A stretch of 56,592 nucleotides of DNA from a virus (IMGVR_UViG_3300035666_000025:1-56592), one strand, 5' to 3'. Shown: positions 18,535-28,765, counted from the stretch's first letter. The notes: generated by a model not told the origin, from the sequence alone. Made by a program: numbers and translations.

Positions 18535-19892
18535 GAGAAGGTGCCTCCGTCGATACCGCCCTCGAATGTGCCTGTGCCAGTAAATACCGCATTGTCACCG
18601 TTTACGTCACCCGTAAAGGTGCCATCGACTGCATCCACGTTGCCAGTAAACGTGCCGTCTACTGCGCTTACATTGCCCGTCGCATCAACATCACCTGTTA
18701 CGGCAATCCCGTTGGCGTCAATGTCTACTCTTAACGTACCAAGGATTGAGATACCAAATCGTCCAGCACCAGGCCTGTAGATACCTGTGTTGGTCTCTGA
18801 GCCAAAGTTAAGCGATGGACTACCAGCAGATCCATTGACTAAGCTTAGTGCCGTGCCACCGGCCTGCGTTGTGTTGGCGTTTAAGACGTTGGTTGCATCG
18901 CAAAACAAACTTGCCTGACCGGATGCTGGCACTGTAGCGGTGTTTGCTCCTACCGCACCAGTTGAGATGGTCAGCGTTTCACCACCTGGAGCCGTACATT
19001 GATTACTCACCACATAAAAGTTAACAACAGGCGGGATGATGACTGTGACGTTGCCAGACAGTGTGCCCGTAAAGATCATCAGCGTATTGGAAGCTTCACT
19101 GGCTGTCAGCGTAACAGTGCCCGTGGTAACCGCCTTGGTCAGTACGCCAAACTCAAACTGCGTGCTGACCCCATAACCTACCGTGATGAACTCGGTGCCT
19201 GTACATACAATAAATGCCGACTCACCCGGCTGGAAGGCTTTGCTGATCGCGCCATCAAGGTTCTGAGACGACGTTGTATTGATTGTCAGTGTGCCCGTGC
19301 CATTGTTCTTCAAGAGCACAAACCAGTTGTTGCCAAGCGTCGCTGCCAATGGAAGCGTTGCTGATCCAGCGCCACCCGCCCAAATGTAGGTTTGTGCGCG
19401 ATCTGTCGTGGCAAAGGTTGAACCTGTAACCAGCGAAATGACCGGGTGACTCTGATTGAGCGTAGTGCCATCGGCCACTAAGCCCAAGCCTTGCAGCGTT
19501 GCCGCATCAGCAGACGACGTTCCCGTGCCAAATGCGATGTTGCCCCACGTCCCTGTGGTTGTGGGATTGGCCGTAATGTAAACGTACTTTGCCTCGCCTG
19601 CAGCAATCGAGATAATCGTGTTGGTGCCTGCGTAGTCTTTAACAGTAAATGTCGTTGCGCCGACGTTTCTGATCAGCGCATCTTGGCCAACAGACGCCTG
19701 ATTGGCAGGTGGCATATAAAGCGACAAACCACCCGCGGTGGCTGTCACGTTCATGATCCTAGCTGCGAAATCGTCTGTGGCGTTGCCGTTAATCGGCCAC
19801 TCTAGCTGCGTGTTGGCAGACAGCGTAACCGCACGGAATGACACGTCAGTCGGCTGAATGACGTTACCAGTGAAGGGTGAGTTAAAGCTCAT
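18531..19892 (-). CDS. Tail fibre/spike base protein ending in GGIDGGTFS
   Basis: Thr/Gly-rich beta repeats; GSAGSPSLNF..NTGIY motif. Confidence 0.7.
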   Translation of the reverse strand: MSFNSPFTGNVIQPTDVSFRAVTLSANTQLEWPINGNATDDFAARIMNVTATAGGLSLYMPPANQASVGQDALIRNVGATTFTVKDYAGTNTIISIAAGEAKYVYITANPTTTGTWGNIAFGTGTSSADAATLQGLGLVADGTTLNQSHPVISLVTGSTFATTDRAQTYIWAGGAGSATLPLAATLGNNWFVLLKNNGTGTLTINTTSSQNLDGAISKAFQPGESAFIVCTGTEFITVGYGVSTQFEFGVLTKAVTTGTVTLTASEASNTLMIFTGTLSGNVTVIIPPVVNFYVVSNQCTAPGGETLTISTGAVGANTATVPASGQASLFCDATNVLNANTTQAGGTALSLVNGSAGSPSLNFGSETNTGIYRPGAGRFGISILGTLRVDIDANGIAVTGDVDATGNVSAVDGTFTGNVDAVDGTFTGDVNGDNAVFTGTGTFEGGIDGGTFS

Positions 19893-19894
19893 GA

Positions 19895-20530
19895 TTAGCT
19901 ATCCACAACGACGGCTTGGCGATCAGCAACTCGAAGCTTGTTCTCTATGACTAGCGACTCAAGGATCGATGTGAGTTCTTCACGATAAGCCTGGGCCTTA
20001 TCGTAGTTCTTCAAGAACATCGACGCCTCTACCAGAGAGCCATACAGTAGTGCTTGTGGTGCGTAGATCGTGAACCAGTTGGTTTGATTGGCAGAATCCA
20101 AAGGCTGAATCCGCTCGTAGTACAACACCTCAAAGTTATACGCTGCATCAGGTGTCGGCGCGATCAGCCAGTGCGTGTAGTCGTAATCAGCGTAAAACTT
20201 GGGCACATCCTGCTCTGCAGGATCGGGCCAATACTCACGCAGGTATTCCATGGTGCGCAGCAAGACGGGATAGCGCCTGCCATCCACTGTGATGTTCATG
20301 CTGACTGTCTTATGCCACCGTGCCGGCTTATCAATGATATTGCTACCAATGACCATGGCACTTGTTTGCACGGTAAGAATGCCAAGGATCTTGAGCCTGG
20401 CAGCAAGCTTTTGCTCGGTCAGCCCAATGAAGGTAGGAATCTTATCCAGGGTGGCGGTGTCAGTGCGCTCTAGGTACTGAGCGATATCAGTCACTAGATT
20501 GTTGTAGGTCATTACATAGGCGGCTGTCAT
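19895..20530 (-). CDS. Tail adaptor (tubular protein A-like)
   Basis: MTY..L...I..YLER...IPTFI..PTPD..Y...LLYGSL.EA pattern. Confidence 0.75.
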   Translation of the reverse strand: MTAAYVMTYNNLVTDIAQYLERTDTATLDKIPTFIGLTEQKLAARLKILGILTVQTSAMVIGSNIIDKPARWHKTVSMNITVDGRRYPVLLRTMEYLREYWPDPAEQDVPKFYADYDYTHWLIAPTPDAAYNFEVLYYERIQPLDSANQTNWFTIYAPQALLYGSLVEASMFLKNYDKAQAYREELTSILESLVIENKLRVADRQAVVVDS

Positions 20531-20531
20531 G

Positions 20532-20924
20532 TCACCACACCTTCTTTCTGATCGACTCAGGCTGGGGAACAAACTGCTTGCCTTGCCTCATCCCTTCACG
20601 CTTGGCACGCGTGGTCGCTGCATATTCAGACGGACTTAGCTTCTGTCTTGCAGCCTTGGGCAGGTAGCGTTCACCCGTTGCTTTAGGGCCTTGCGTGGAC
20701 GGTTTTCCAGACCTCGTTCCCCAGTCTTCTTTCGTCCACTTTGAAAGCGAATTATCCGCTTTTTTTGGACCTTTGTAACCCCCGCCCGAAGCTTTGTATT
20801 TCTGGGTAGCTAACTGCGCTTTGCGGGCGCTCCACTGGCCAGGATTACCACCTTTGCCCGAGGCTTTGACTGAGGCAACTATGCGCTTCCACTTGGCCGG
20901 ATCTGACTTGGTTGCTGAACTCAT
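20532..20924 (-). CDS. Small basic protein (DUF5872-like)
   Basis: GQWSARKAQL...YK..GGGY, W.KEDW.T, RYLPK motifs. Confidence 0.7.
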   Translation of the reverse strand: MSSATKSDPAKWKRIVASVKASGKGGNPGQWSARKAQLATQKYKASGGGYKGPKKADNSLSKWTKEDWGTRSGKPSTQGPKATGERYLPKAARQKLSPSEYAATTRAKREGMRQGKQFVPQPESIRKKVW

Positions 20925-21388
20925 CGCATTAACGCAGCTTCCGCCGCCCTCCTACGGGTTAGTCCTGGCAAAACCCTGCCAGCGGCTTTATTCCACAACA
21001 GACACTGATCGGCAGCGCCATTCCAATCGCCAGTATCAATGCGCTTTTTGAACGTGCTGATGCGGTAATTACCAAGCCCGCAGTTGTATGCCCAAGACGT
21101 GACTGCAGCCATACGCCTTGGCAGCGCTTTAGAGAGGCTTGGCGACATCTTTAACAAGCCACGCACGAAATACTCAACGTGATGATCCAGAGCGTCTTCG
21201 CACTGCTCTATGGTCCAAATGGTGCCAGGATTGATTTCTGGCCCTGTAGCACCCCAGCCTATGGTCCATGGATGTCCACGGGTACCAGGGTCAGGATAGG
21301 CTGTTACACGGCCATCAGGCAAGCGCTTTGCAAGCCCCTCGAAGGGCTTAATCAAGACATCCTTGCAAAGCTTCTTAGCCTCGTTCAC
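20921..21388 (-). CDS. Endolysin, GH24 lysozyme
   Basis: FEG...AYPDP...WTIGWG, SWAYNCG, GLTRRR.AE; probable GTG start at 21388. Confidence 0.9.
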   Translation of the reverse strand: MNEAKKLCKDVLIKPFEGLAKRLPDGRVTAYPDPGTRGHPWTIGWGATGPEINPGTIWTIEQCEDALDHHVEYFVRGLLKMSPSLSKALPRRMAAVTSWAYNCGLGNYRISTFKKRIDTGDWNGAADQCLLWNKAAGRVLPGLTRRRAAEAALMR

Positions 21389-21870
21389 GACTTGTTGTAC
21401 TTCTCGATAGACCGGCCAACAAACCAAAAAGTGAGCATCATATTGAGCATGGCGAAGTCATCCTCGTCATAACTCTTGATCAGCACCTCAGCCCAGTTAG
21501 CGTTAGTCTGGAAGGCAATCGTTAACCCAGCAACTTTGACGGCCACATAAACACCAAAAGCAATCCAAGTAAGACCGGGGCGGGTAATAGCAGTGATAAA
21601 AGAAGCGAACCAACCAGCCTCTTTTGCTGTTGCGGCCTGTTCCTTAAATGCTTCCTTAATCGTATCCATTTGCTGTATCGAGTAGTCAACATATTTTTCC
21701 TCCATCTTGAACTCGCCCCTCATTTTTTCGAGGTCGGTTTGGAGTTGGAACATGGATAGCTCGTGCTGGCGCTCGTTCTTCTTGTCGAGAAACTTCAAGA
21801 CTTCAGGGGCGAGCCTGAAGATGCCGCCAAAGATGGAGCCAAGTAAACCGCCCGAAAGAAGATCAAACAT
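21385..21870 (-). CDS. Putative holin (3TM/GTA-holin-like)
   Basis: RP.LTW...TFWFVGRS; hydrophobic helices; adjacent to endolysin. Confidence 0.65.
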   Translation of the reverse strand: MFDLLSGGLLGSIFGGIFRLAPEVLKFLDKKNERQHELSMFQLQTDLEKMRGEFKMEEKYVDYSIQQMDTIKEAFKEQAATAKEAGWFASFITAITRPGLTWIAFGVYVAVKVAGLTIAFQTNANWAEVLIKSYDEDDFAMLNMMLTFWFVGRSIEKYNKS

Positions 21871-21872
21871 AC

Positions 21873-22289
21873 TTACCCCTTTGCGGTAATCTGATCGGCA
21901 CCTTTCTTAACCGTCACCTTGGTGCCTTCTACATCAACCTGCATGGGTTGCTCGGCGCGGTCAAGCTTGTCAAGGCGGTGGATAAGATCCTTGATGACTT
22001 CAAACTCTGGCTTTTCCTGTTTAGCAGCAGTGCCAGCAATGCCATTTAGCATTTGAATGAGCGCAGTAAGTGAAGCACCAAGAAGACCCATAACAGCAGC
22101 AATTTTTTCGCCTTCTAAGAATAGAGACGCACCCACGCCCACGAGCACGATCAGGAAGATGTAAAGGAGACCGTCCTCACCAATCGCTTTGCCAGCGACT
22201 TCCTTGGCCGAATCTTGAGCCTTTAGCTCATCAAGCTTGATCCTGGCCTGAGCTTTTAGGACCGCCAACTCATGGGTCTTATCGTCCAT
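21873..22289 (-). CDS. Two-TM membrane protein (lysis module)
   Basis: Two hydrophobic helices. Confidence 0.65.
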   Translation of the reverse strand: MDDKTHELAVLKAQARIKLDELKAQDSAKEVAGKAIGEDGLLYIFLIVLVGVGASLFLEGEKIAAVMGLLGASLTALIQMLNGIAGTAAKQEKPEFEVIKDLIHRLDKLDRAEQPMQVDVEGTKVTVKKGADQITAKG

Positions 22290-22486
22290 TAGATACCCAG
22301 CAATTTCTTAACGAACATCGCTGCGACTCCTGGCCCAAGAAGCACAGCAGCAATCGTGATGTAAAGCAGCCACTCAATGTGACGCATGCGACGACTGCCA
22401 TCACCGAGGCGCTTTTCAATGTTCTCGTAACGCTGGGCGCAAATAGCCTCGTGAACAGAGAGGCGCTTATCCAAATCGTCGCTCAT
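22289..22486 (-). CDS. Coiled-coil plus TM protein (XhlA/holin-like)
   Basis: RLSVHEAICAQRY..I..RL and C-terminal TM helix. Confidence 0.7.
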   Translation of the reverse strand: MSDDLDKRLSVHEAICAQRYENIEKRLGDGSRRMRHIEWLLYITIAAVLLGPGVAAMFVKKLLGI

Positions 22487-22492
22487 GATTGA

Positions 22493-23194
22493 TCACCACT
22501 CTCCAGTCCAATGCCGCAAACCGTTAGCGGCGTAAAAATCACGTTTCATGCGCTCCCAGTCACCTGCGTACCCCTTAAATAGTGTGGTTTGATGGGGTGG
22601 ATTCTCTGGTATGCACTTAAGGCCTTCAACCATATTGATCGCGGCACGCATTTGCTCGAAGGCTTTCTCACCAGGATTGGTATCGATGATGCCGCCAAAT
22701 AATGTCTCTGTGATGGCATGCATGTAAGTCTGTGCGCCAAGGAAGTAAATGCTATCTGCTCCCGCTCGCCGGCGTGCAAGCCAGTGCCTAATGGCAGCGC
22801 GGTAGATTGGATTGTGCGGTGCGCTCAACATCATGTCATGCGAGAAATCAAAGTTTCTGCAGGTCGGCAAAACCTGGCGCGTCTTCTCGTCCACTATCGT
22901 CGATAAGGGCACATTGCAAAGCCTGTCGATGTCAACGTATAGGCCACCCTCTAAAAACATCTTGTAGAGCCGCCAAATGTCTGTCTTGGCCACAATATGC
23001 AAATCTTTGGCTAGCGCATAGTCCTCGGCCATCTTGTCTTGCAAGTAGGCGTCGATATCAGCATCGTCAGAGATCTGCAGCGCCCAATCAGGATTGAGAT
23101 CGACAAGCTTGCGCAGGCCATTAACGATCAAAGGCGACGTGCTCTCAAGCACCTGCTTATCGTTCCACGCCACATGAATGATCTTGGGAATCAT
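22493..23194 (-). CDS. Glycosyltransferase, GT32/OCH1-like DxD family
   Basis: MIPKIIH..W; D..R...[LM]...GGLYVDID. Confidence 0.85.
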   Translation of the reverse strand: MIPKIIHVAWNDKQVLESTSPLIVNGLRKLVDLNPDWALQISDDADIDAYLQDKMAEDYALAKDLHIVAKTDIWRLYKMFLEGGLYVDIDRLCNVPLSTIVDEKTRQVLPTCRNFDFSHDMMLSAPHNPIYRAAIRHWLARRRAGADSIYFLGAQTYMHAITETLFGGIIDTNPGEKAFEQMRAAINMVEGLKCIPENPPHQTTLFKGYAGDWERMKRDFYAANGLRHWTGEW

Positions 23195-24060
23195 TTTTTA
23201 GGCTCTGTAACCACAAGCGTCTTGAACCCCATCGCCTCACGGATCTTGGTAGCCGAGATTGAATGAATCGCATCATCAAAGGTCTCTTGCTCGATCTTGT
23301 AGCCCACATCACGGCCATAGGTGATGTTCACGATGTTGGGCACTAACTGGATCTCATACTGACCCTGGTAGAGCGGATCAAGATCGCGCCTGATGAAGTC
23401 CTTGACCTGCTCGGCAGCAAACGGATTGGAGCCATTCCAGCCTTGGCAGTCACGAATCTGAATCACTACCTGACCTGTCTTAGCAATCGCACGCTCAAAC
23501 AATGCACGGTGGCCAGGATGCCAGGGTTGCCAGCGACCAAGCATTTGCACGGTCTCTTTACGCCAATCAAACCGTGGCCGACGGCGGTCATTCAGGATAT
23601 GGTCGGCGATGAAGTCAGACCATTTATCAGCATCTTTTTCAGTGACACGAAAGTCGTAAACATCAGGTGGCACAAAAGCTTTGTTGGTATCTTCATAGCG
23701 ACCCGCATCGATGGTATCCATCCAGATAACCCAGTCGGCTTTGAAGTTGTGCCGCATCTCAGGCAGCGGTGCCACAAAGTCACAAATGACATAGTCAGCA
23801 TTCGACGAGAGTGCAAATTCAGCCATCCGTATTGACTGACGAATCCGGCCCTCACGGCTGAAGTCCCAGTCGTTATATTTCTTGCGAACTTCATCAGCGT
23901 TAAACCACTTGACCGTGGGGTGCCAATAAGTAGGCACCACTTCACACTGTGCAAGCTTTTCCACAGGGATGTCTGTACTGGCTTCCAAACGCTTTTTCAG
24001 TGCTTCAGCCATAAAGGTTTTGCCTGCTCCGGGCAGGCCCATGATGAGGATTTTTTTCAT
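23191..24060 (-). CDS. APS kinase-like domain fused to HxGH nucleotidyltransferase
   Basis: GLPGAGKT, NADEVR, DFSREGR, DFVAP; C-terminal GRWQPWHPGH and ISATKIR. Confidence 0.8.
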   Translation of the reverse strand: MKKILIMGLPGAGKTFMAEALKKRLEASTDIPVEKLAQCEVVPTYWHPTVKWFNADEVRKKYNDWDFSREGRIRQSIRMAEFALSSNADYVICDFVAPLPEMRHNFKADWVIWMDTIDAGRYEDTNKAFVPPDVYDFRVTEKDADKWSDFIADHILNDRRRPRFDWRKETVQMLGRWQPWHPGHRALFERAIAKTGQVVIQIRDCQGWNGSNPFAAEQVKDFIRRDLDPLYQGQYEIQLVPNIVNITYGRDVGYKIEQETFDDAIHSISATKIREAMGFKTLVVTEPKK

Positions 24061-24752
24061 GCGGCTAGTTGGTCGTTGCGATCTGTTTTTCGGCCATGCT
24101 TGGGGCGACCAAGGATGGTGGTTTCAGTCTTATCGGGTACATCCGTTGCATACACGCCCATTTGATGCACAGGAAAGATATCTGTGCGAAGCATAATATC
24201 TAACGGCACTGAAATGCCATATTTAATGGCATGTGCCAGCATGTTTTTGGCTACTGCTGGATCAATTGCATACGCATGAGCACGGCAAATGAAGTGATAG
24301 TTTGGGCCTTCACTTGCATGTGGTGGCGTTGGCATCACAGCCCAGCCCTGCTGCGTTTGCTCGTGACAACCTAGATAGCAAATCGAGTTGTAGACCGAGT
24401 GCTGCAAGTAAGGCTGAAGCATGACCGCATCATGCTCAAGGACCACAATCGGCTTATCTTGCTCCACGCACTTAGCCCACAAGCTTATGTGCGATAGCGC
24501 ACAGGCTACTTCACCGCGAGTCAGATAGTGATCCGTAACCTTGATCATGTTCATCACTTGACTGTGATGTGCCGGTGGCTTGATGGGATTTTCTAAGCCG
24601 TTATACGCGTCCCAAAACGCAAAAGGCATCCCAATGGATGCACATGATTTAGCAGCTTCATCAGCCTTGCGCTCCGAGGTTTCATGACCCTGGATACGGA
24701 TAATATAAGCCCGATCCACGGCCATGTCGTAGCTGAAAAACAGCGACTTCAT
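24057..24752 (-). CDS. Glycosyltransferase family 25
   Basis: LTRGEVACALSH..LW, VLEHDA, AHAY motifs. Confidence 0.85.
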   Translation of the reverse strand: MKSLFFSYDMAVDRAYIIRIQGHETSERKADEAAKSCASIGMPFAFWDAYNGLENPIKPPAHHSQVMNMIKVTDHYLTRGEVACALSHISLWAKCVEQDKPIVVLEHDAVMLQPYLQHSVYNSICYLGCHEQTQQGWAVMPTPPHASEGPNYHFICRAHAYAIDPAVAKNMLAHAIKYGISVPLDIMLRTDIFPVHQMGVYATDVPDKTETTILGRPKHGRKTDRNDQLAA

Positions 24753-25204
24753 GTGGGCTTAACAGGCCAGTCTAAACCATTAAAATCCACAATCGTTGGC
24801 AAGTCACGCAAGGCTTGGCGATAGGCCGTCCATTCTGCTGGTACGGCTTGTCCTGCTTCCAAAAACTTAATGATGACCCAATCCGTTTCGGCCAAACGGA
24901 AGTTGCGCTCAATGCGCCACAAACGCCATTTCTCGGCAAGCTCCGCATCAAGTTCTTCTTGCGTTTTTGGTCGAGCCGTCAATGTCCAAACAACATGATC
25001 TTCTTTGATCTCGTATGATTCGGACTCCCAAACTTCAAAACGCGTATCCATCGACTCGGGCTTAACTGACACAACAGGATACCAGCCCGATTTAATTAGT
25101 GCATTTTTGTCAGCGGCCCAATTTTCCATGCTTACAGGTAAACGCCCCGCTCCCTGTATTACCTTACCATTCTCAACCTTAACCCACAGATCTAATCCTG
25201 CCAT
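24749..25204 (-). CDS. Tail fibre assembly chaperone
   Basis: RN..L..TDW...W..YRQALRDLP...WP.KP. Confidence 0.85.
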   Translation of the reverse strand: MAGLDLWVKVENGKVIQGAGRLPVSMENWAADKNALIKSGWYPVVSVKPESMDTRFEVWESESYEIKEDHVVWTLTARPKTQEELDAELAEKWRLWRIERNFRLAETDWVIIKFLEAGQAVPAEWTAYRQALRDLPTIVDFNGLDWPVKPT

Positions 25205-26954
25205 GATGCACCTCGTTCAAATAGTCGCCAAGTGCAACGCGCACCTGATCAAAAACTTCCGTCCAGCTTTCATATTTGGTCTGTCTGAACAATCGAACCG
25301 AATCGTACCAAGGTACACGATCTCCTGGTAGTGCCCAGAGATAATAAGGAAGGATAGGAATCACAACCCAAGTGGGCACGCCCATCGCAGCCGATAGATG
25401 CGCCACCGATGTGCAAGATGATATAACTAAATCACAGCTTGCGGCCACCTCTTGCGTGTCAAGCCATGAGTCAAGCTTTGATTCTGCAATCCACTCAGGG
25501 CGATGCTGTGAACCCTCATCACGCTGCAACGAGACAAACTCAACGTCATAACCGTTGACAGCATTAAAGAGCAACTCAGGCGAAAAATACTTGCGGTGAT
25601 CATACTCAAAGTTAGGGTTGCCCTGCCAGCGTAAGCCAATACGAAACTTGGTTCGTGGCGCTTGTGGCCGTGGGATATAAGCACGCCCCCACACATCTTT
25701 GTATTCAATACCCAAAGGTATAGGTGCCGACATTCCTGGCACCCAAGCATGATGGTAAACACCTGGAGCGGCTTCATGTACTGCCACTGCACGCACATTC
25801 GGTATGGTGGCAAAGAGCGTTACAAGCTCAGGCGAGCAAGCCACAATCACTTGGCATTTACGCGCTGTAATGTCTTGCACAAAGCGCATCTGATGGATCT
25901 GATCGCCTAAGCCACCTTCTAAGTAAAGCAGCACAATTTGATCCGATTGACCTTCCCAGATCGGCGTAGGCACTTGGGGCTTGGCATTACCAAAAACTTG
26001 CTCAATACGACCCCTTGCAAGCAATTGCATGCCCTCTTGGAGCCTGCCCTGCATCAGCACATACAAGCCTCGGTTATAGGCTGCACGATGGTTTTGTGGC
26101 TCAGTGCGCTCAAGCTGTTGAGCTATTTCCCAAGCCTTCTGGAAATCACCCCTGCGTCCTGCTTCGAGTTGCAGATCCAACGGCTGCTTGGGCATGGACT
26201 CTTGAGTCTCACCTAGCCAAAAGCGCGGCTGGTTGAACTCGTTATAACGATGACCCAAGACTTCTTGTGCGGTTTGTTTGTGCTGACGCTCAAGCTTAGG
26301 TTTAATGTCATGCAAGCCTGGAATGCCCCACACCTCATCGTCTTTCTCAGCAACAATCGAGCCTTCAATCTTCTCTAGGTTGTAGGCAAAAGGATCAAGC
26401 TCTAAGAAGTCATGGATGCGTTTGAGTTGCACCTCTGGATCAGCAAGCAGGTCTTCGTATTCAATCATGCAAAAGGACAGTGGATCTTCCAACATGCCTG
26501 CATGCAACGTCACATAGCCGGTTTTGACGACATTGATCAGGTGCGTTTCTGACAAGAACTTTTGCGTGTCTTCAGGCTTTACGACTCGCACAAAGGAGGC
26601 AATGCAGTCAGGTACATTTCTAACAGTGGCGATGATCTTAGGACGCTGCCCAAGCACCTTGGCCATCGTTTTCATGATGGGCGGTGCAGGCCAGCCACGA
26701 TTCTTATCGATGATGATGGGCTTTTGAATGGTCTCGTTTTTAGCCTGCATCAAACCACGAAGCATGCGGACCATATCATCGTCATTGCGGCCTTGAACGT
26801 GAATCGACTCATCACGCTCCCACTTCTCAGCCACAGCACCCATGATGCTAATTAGCCCTGATGTTGGCGTCACATGCACCAGAGGGTTTTGGTTCAGGAT
26901 CGCGGCAAGTACCGTTGATCCAGAGCGTGGTAAGCCAGATAGGAAATGCATCAT
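25179..26954 (-). CDS. Sulfotransferase-TPR-GT9-like glycosyltransferase fusion
   Basis: GLPRSGST (PAPS loop), DKNR, VRN...IAS, YEDL; TPR-like helix pair; GLGD, DLVISSCTSVAHL.AAMG.PTW, WY.SVRLFRQ. Confidence 0.85.
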   Translation of the reverse strand: MMHFLSGLPRSGSTVLAAILNQNPLVHVTPTSGLISIMGAVAEKWERDESIHVQGRNDDDMVRMLRGLMQAKNETIQKPIIIDKNRGWPAPPIMKTMAKVLGQRPKIIATVRNVPDCIASFVRVVKPEDTQKFLSETHLINVVKTGYVTLHAGMLEDPLSFCMIEYEDLLADPEVQLKRIHDFLELDPFAYNLEKIEGSIVAEKDDEVWGIPGLHDIKPKLERQHKQTAQEVLGHRYNEFNQPRFWLGETQESMPKQPLDLQLEAGRRGDFQKAWEIAQQLERTEPQNHRAAYNRGLYVLMQGRLQEGMQLLARGRIEQVFGNAKPQVPTPIWEGQSDQIVLLYLEGGLGDQIHQMRFVQDITARKCQVIVACSPELVTLFATIPNVRAVAVHEAAPGVYHHAWVPGMSAPIPLGIEYKDVWGRAYIPRPQAPRTKFRIGLRWQGNPNFEYDHRKYFSPELLFNAVNGYDVEFVSLQRDEGSQHRPEWIAESKLDSWLDTQEVAASCDLVISSCTSVAHLSAAMGVPTWVVIPILPYYLWALPGDRVPWYDSVRLFRQTKYESWTEVFDQVRVALGDYLNEVHHGRIRSVG

Positions 26955-28732
26955 GCAGGACTTATCGTATTACTAATCGCAGCGAATCCACAGGTATTTG
27001 AGATTTGAAGAGGGGTAGCACTGCCCGTCACCGGACCCCAGGTTGTCAATGCTCCAACTTGTGATGGCGAAGACCTTGATACATAGTTATTCAGTCCTAA
27101 GTTTCCATTTCCATTTGCACCCCATGTCCATAAAGTTCCATTGGTTCGTAATGCAGCGCTTGCCGTGCTTCCTGCCGAACTAATCCACCAATCAGTTAAT
27201 GCACCTATTTGTTTTGGGGAAGTCAAATTGGAGCCATAACCATAGGTGTTATTTAACCCCAACTGCCCGTTTACATTCAGTCCCCAGCACCATAAGGTGC
27301 CATCAGTTTTAACGGCCAAACAATGATAACTACCAGGGCTTACTGTTCGCCAATCAGTTAAAGCGCCAATCTGTACTGGTGAAGAAGTATTATTGCCAGG
27401 GTTGCTCGCAACCATGCCGTAATTGTTACCAGTATTTCTCCCCCACGCCCAAAGCGTTCCGTCCGTTTTTATAGCGAAAACATTGGCACAGCCAGCTAGG
27501 GAATTATTCCTTGAGGTTCTAACAGAACTCCAAGTTGTTAATGCCCCTATTTGAACTGGTGATGAAACATTACCTGTATTGTTTGTGCCAAGAGCGCCAT
27601 AAGCATTAGATCCCCATCCCCATAACGTGCCGTTTGTTTTAATAGCAAAAGTATTGCCACGACTTGTTGTCACTTTACTCCAATCTGTACCTGACCCTAT
27701 TTGTACTGGAGAAGATCTATTTTGCGCCTGACCGTCACCAAGGCGTCCATGAGCACCACCTCCCCATGTCCATAAGGTGCCGTCCGTTTTAATTGCTGCG
27801 CTGCTGCCGTAGCCAACTGATATTTGTGACCAATTTGTTAATGAACCCACTTGAGTGGGGGAAGATACGGCTGTAGACGTTTGATTAAGTCCGAGCGCTC
27901 CTGAGAGAACATCTCCCCAAGCAAAAAGTTGCCCGGCGGTATTTATAGCAAGCGTAGGAACTGAGAAATTGCCTATGTCATACCAATTTGCCAATGACCC
28001 AATCTGTACGGGTGAATTTGTGCTTGTTGTGTTATTTAAGCCTAGCTGACCTACACCATTTGCACCAAATGCGTATAACCTTACTTCTGTCCCTCCGGGA
28101 ATTGTTGCCTCTACCCATCCACGCCATTTAGTACCACCGTCTGTGGTGAGCAGCGCAATGACCGTCACGCCGTTTGCGCCGGTAGCTAATGTTGGTGCTG
28201 TTTGTGCCGTAGAAGTCGTTGTGGCTGCATACTGCCCGCTCCAATACACTGAGTTTGGCCAAGCAATCGTATAAGCCGTGCCATCCGAGGCGTTCTTTAC
28301 TACGATCTGAATCAAAATCGGCGTGCCGCTTGCAGGCACGTTGGTAAAGGACAGCGTGGCAATGCTTGCTGCCATCGTCAGATCGATGACGTTGCCGCTG
28401 TTTAAGTTAATCGTTGTGGTGGCCGATGACGTTACCGCTTGGCGAGTGTTATTGGTGAGAGCGCCTGCAGTAACTGACCCGAAACTTAAAACACCGCCGC
28501 CATTTGTTGTCAAAAACTGGCCGCTCGTACCGTCCGCTGTTGGATATTTAAGCTCTGCAGGATTATTAAAGAAGCGCTTAACTGTACCCGACGCGTTCTC
28601 GAAGTACATACTCATATCGTTGTCAGCAATATTCAGCGCCACTTCGCCAGGCGACAGGTTCGCGTTACTTGGCAAAGCTCCTGATGTTGTGCTGCGATAA
28701 AGCTGAATGGGTGTGTAATTCGTTGCTGGCAT
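26951..28732 (-). CDS. Receptor-binding fibre with RCC1/BLIP-II beta-propeller
   Basis: N-terminal IQLYRSTT..LP....L..GEVALN docking domain; about seven AIKTDGTLW.WG....G.LG...SSPVQIG..T.W repeats. Confidence 0.85.
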   Translation of the reverse strand: MPATNYTPIQLYRSTTSGALPSNANLSPGEVALNIADNDMSMYFENASGTVKRFFNNPAELKYPTADGTSGQFLTTNGGGVLSFGSVTAGALTNNTRQAVTSSATTTINLNSGNVIDLTMAASIATLSFTNVPASGTPILIQIVVKNASDGTAYTIAWPNSVYWSGQYAATTTSTAQTAPTLATGANGVTVIALLTTDGGTKWRGWVEATIPGGTEVRLYAFGANGVGQLGLNNTTSTNSPVQIGSLANWYDIGNFSVPTLAINTAGQLFAWGDVLSGALGLNQTSTAVSSPTQVGSLTNWSQISVGYGSSAAIKTDGTLWTWGGGAHGRLGDGQAQNRSSPVQIGSGTDWSKVTTSRGNTFAIKTNGTLWGWGSNAYGALGTNNTGNVSSPVQIGALTTWSSVRTSRNNSLAGCANVFAIKTDGTLWAWGRNTGNNYGMVASNPGNNTSSPVQIGALTDWRTVSPGSYHCLAVKTDGTLWCWGLNVNGQLGLNNTYGYGSNLTSPKQIGALTDWWISSAGSTASAALRTNGTLWTWGANGNGNLGLNNYVSRSSPSQVGALTTWGPVTGSATPLQISNTCGFAAISNTISPA

Positions 28733-28765
28733 GTCTATCTCCGCGAAACGGTGAGTTGCATCATT

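Noticed and set aside
26951-28732. Diversity-generating retroelement target
   Set aside because: No reverse transcriptase and no template/variable repeat pair seen in the window
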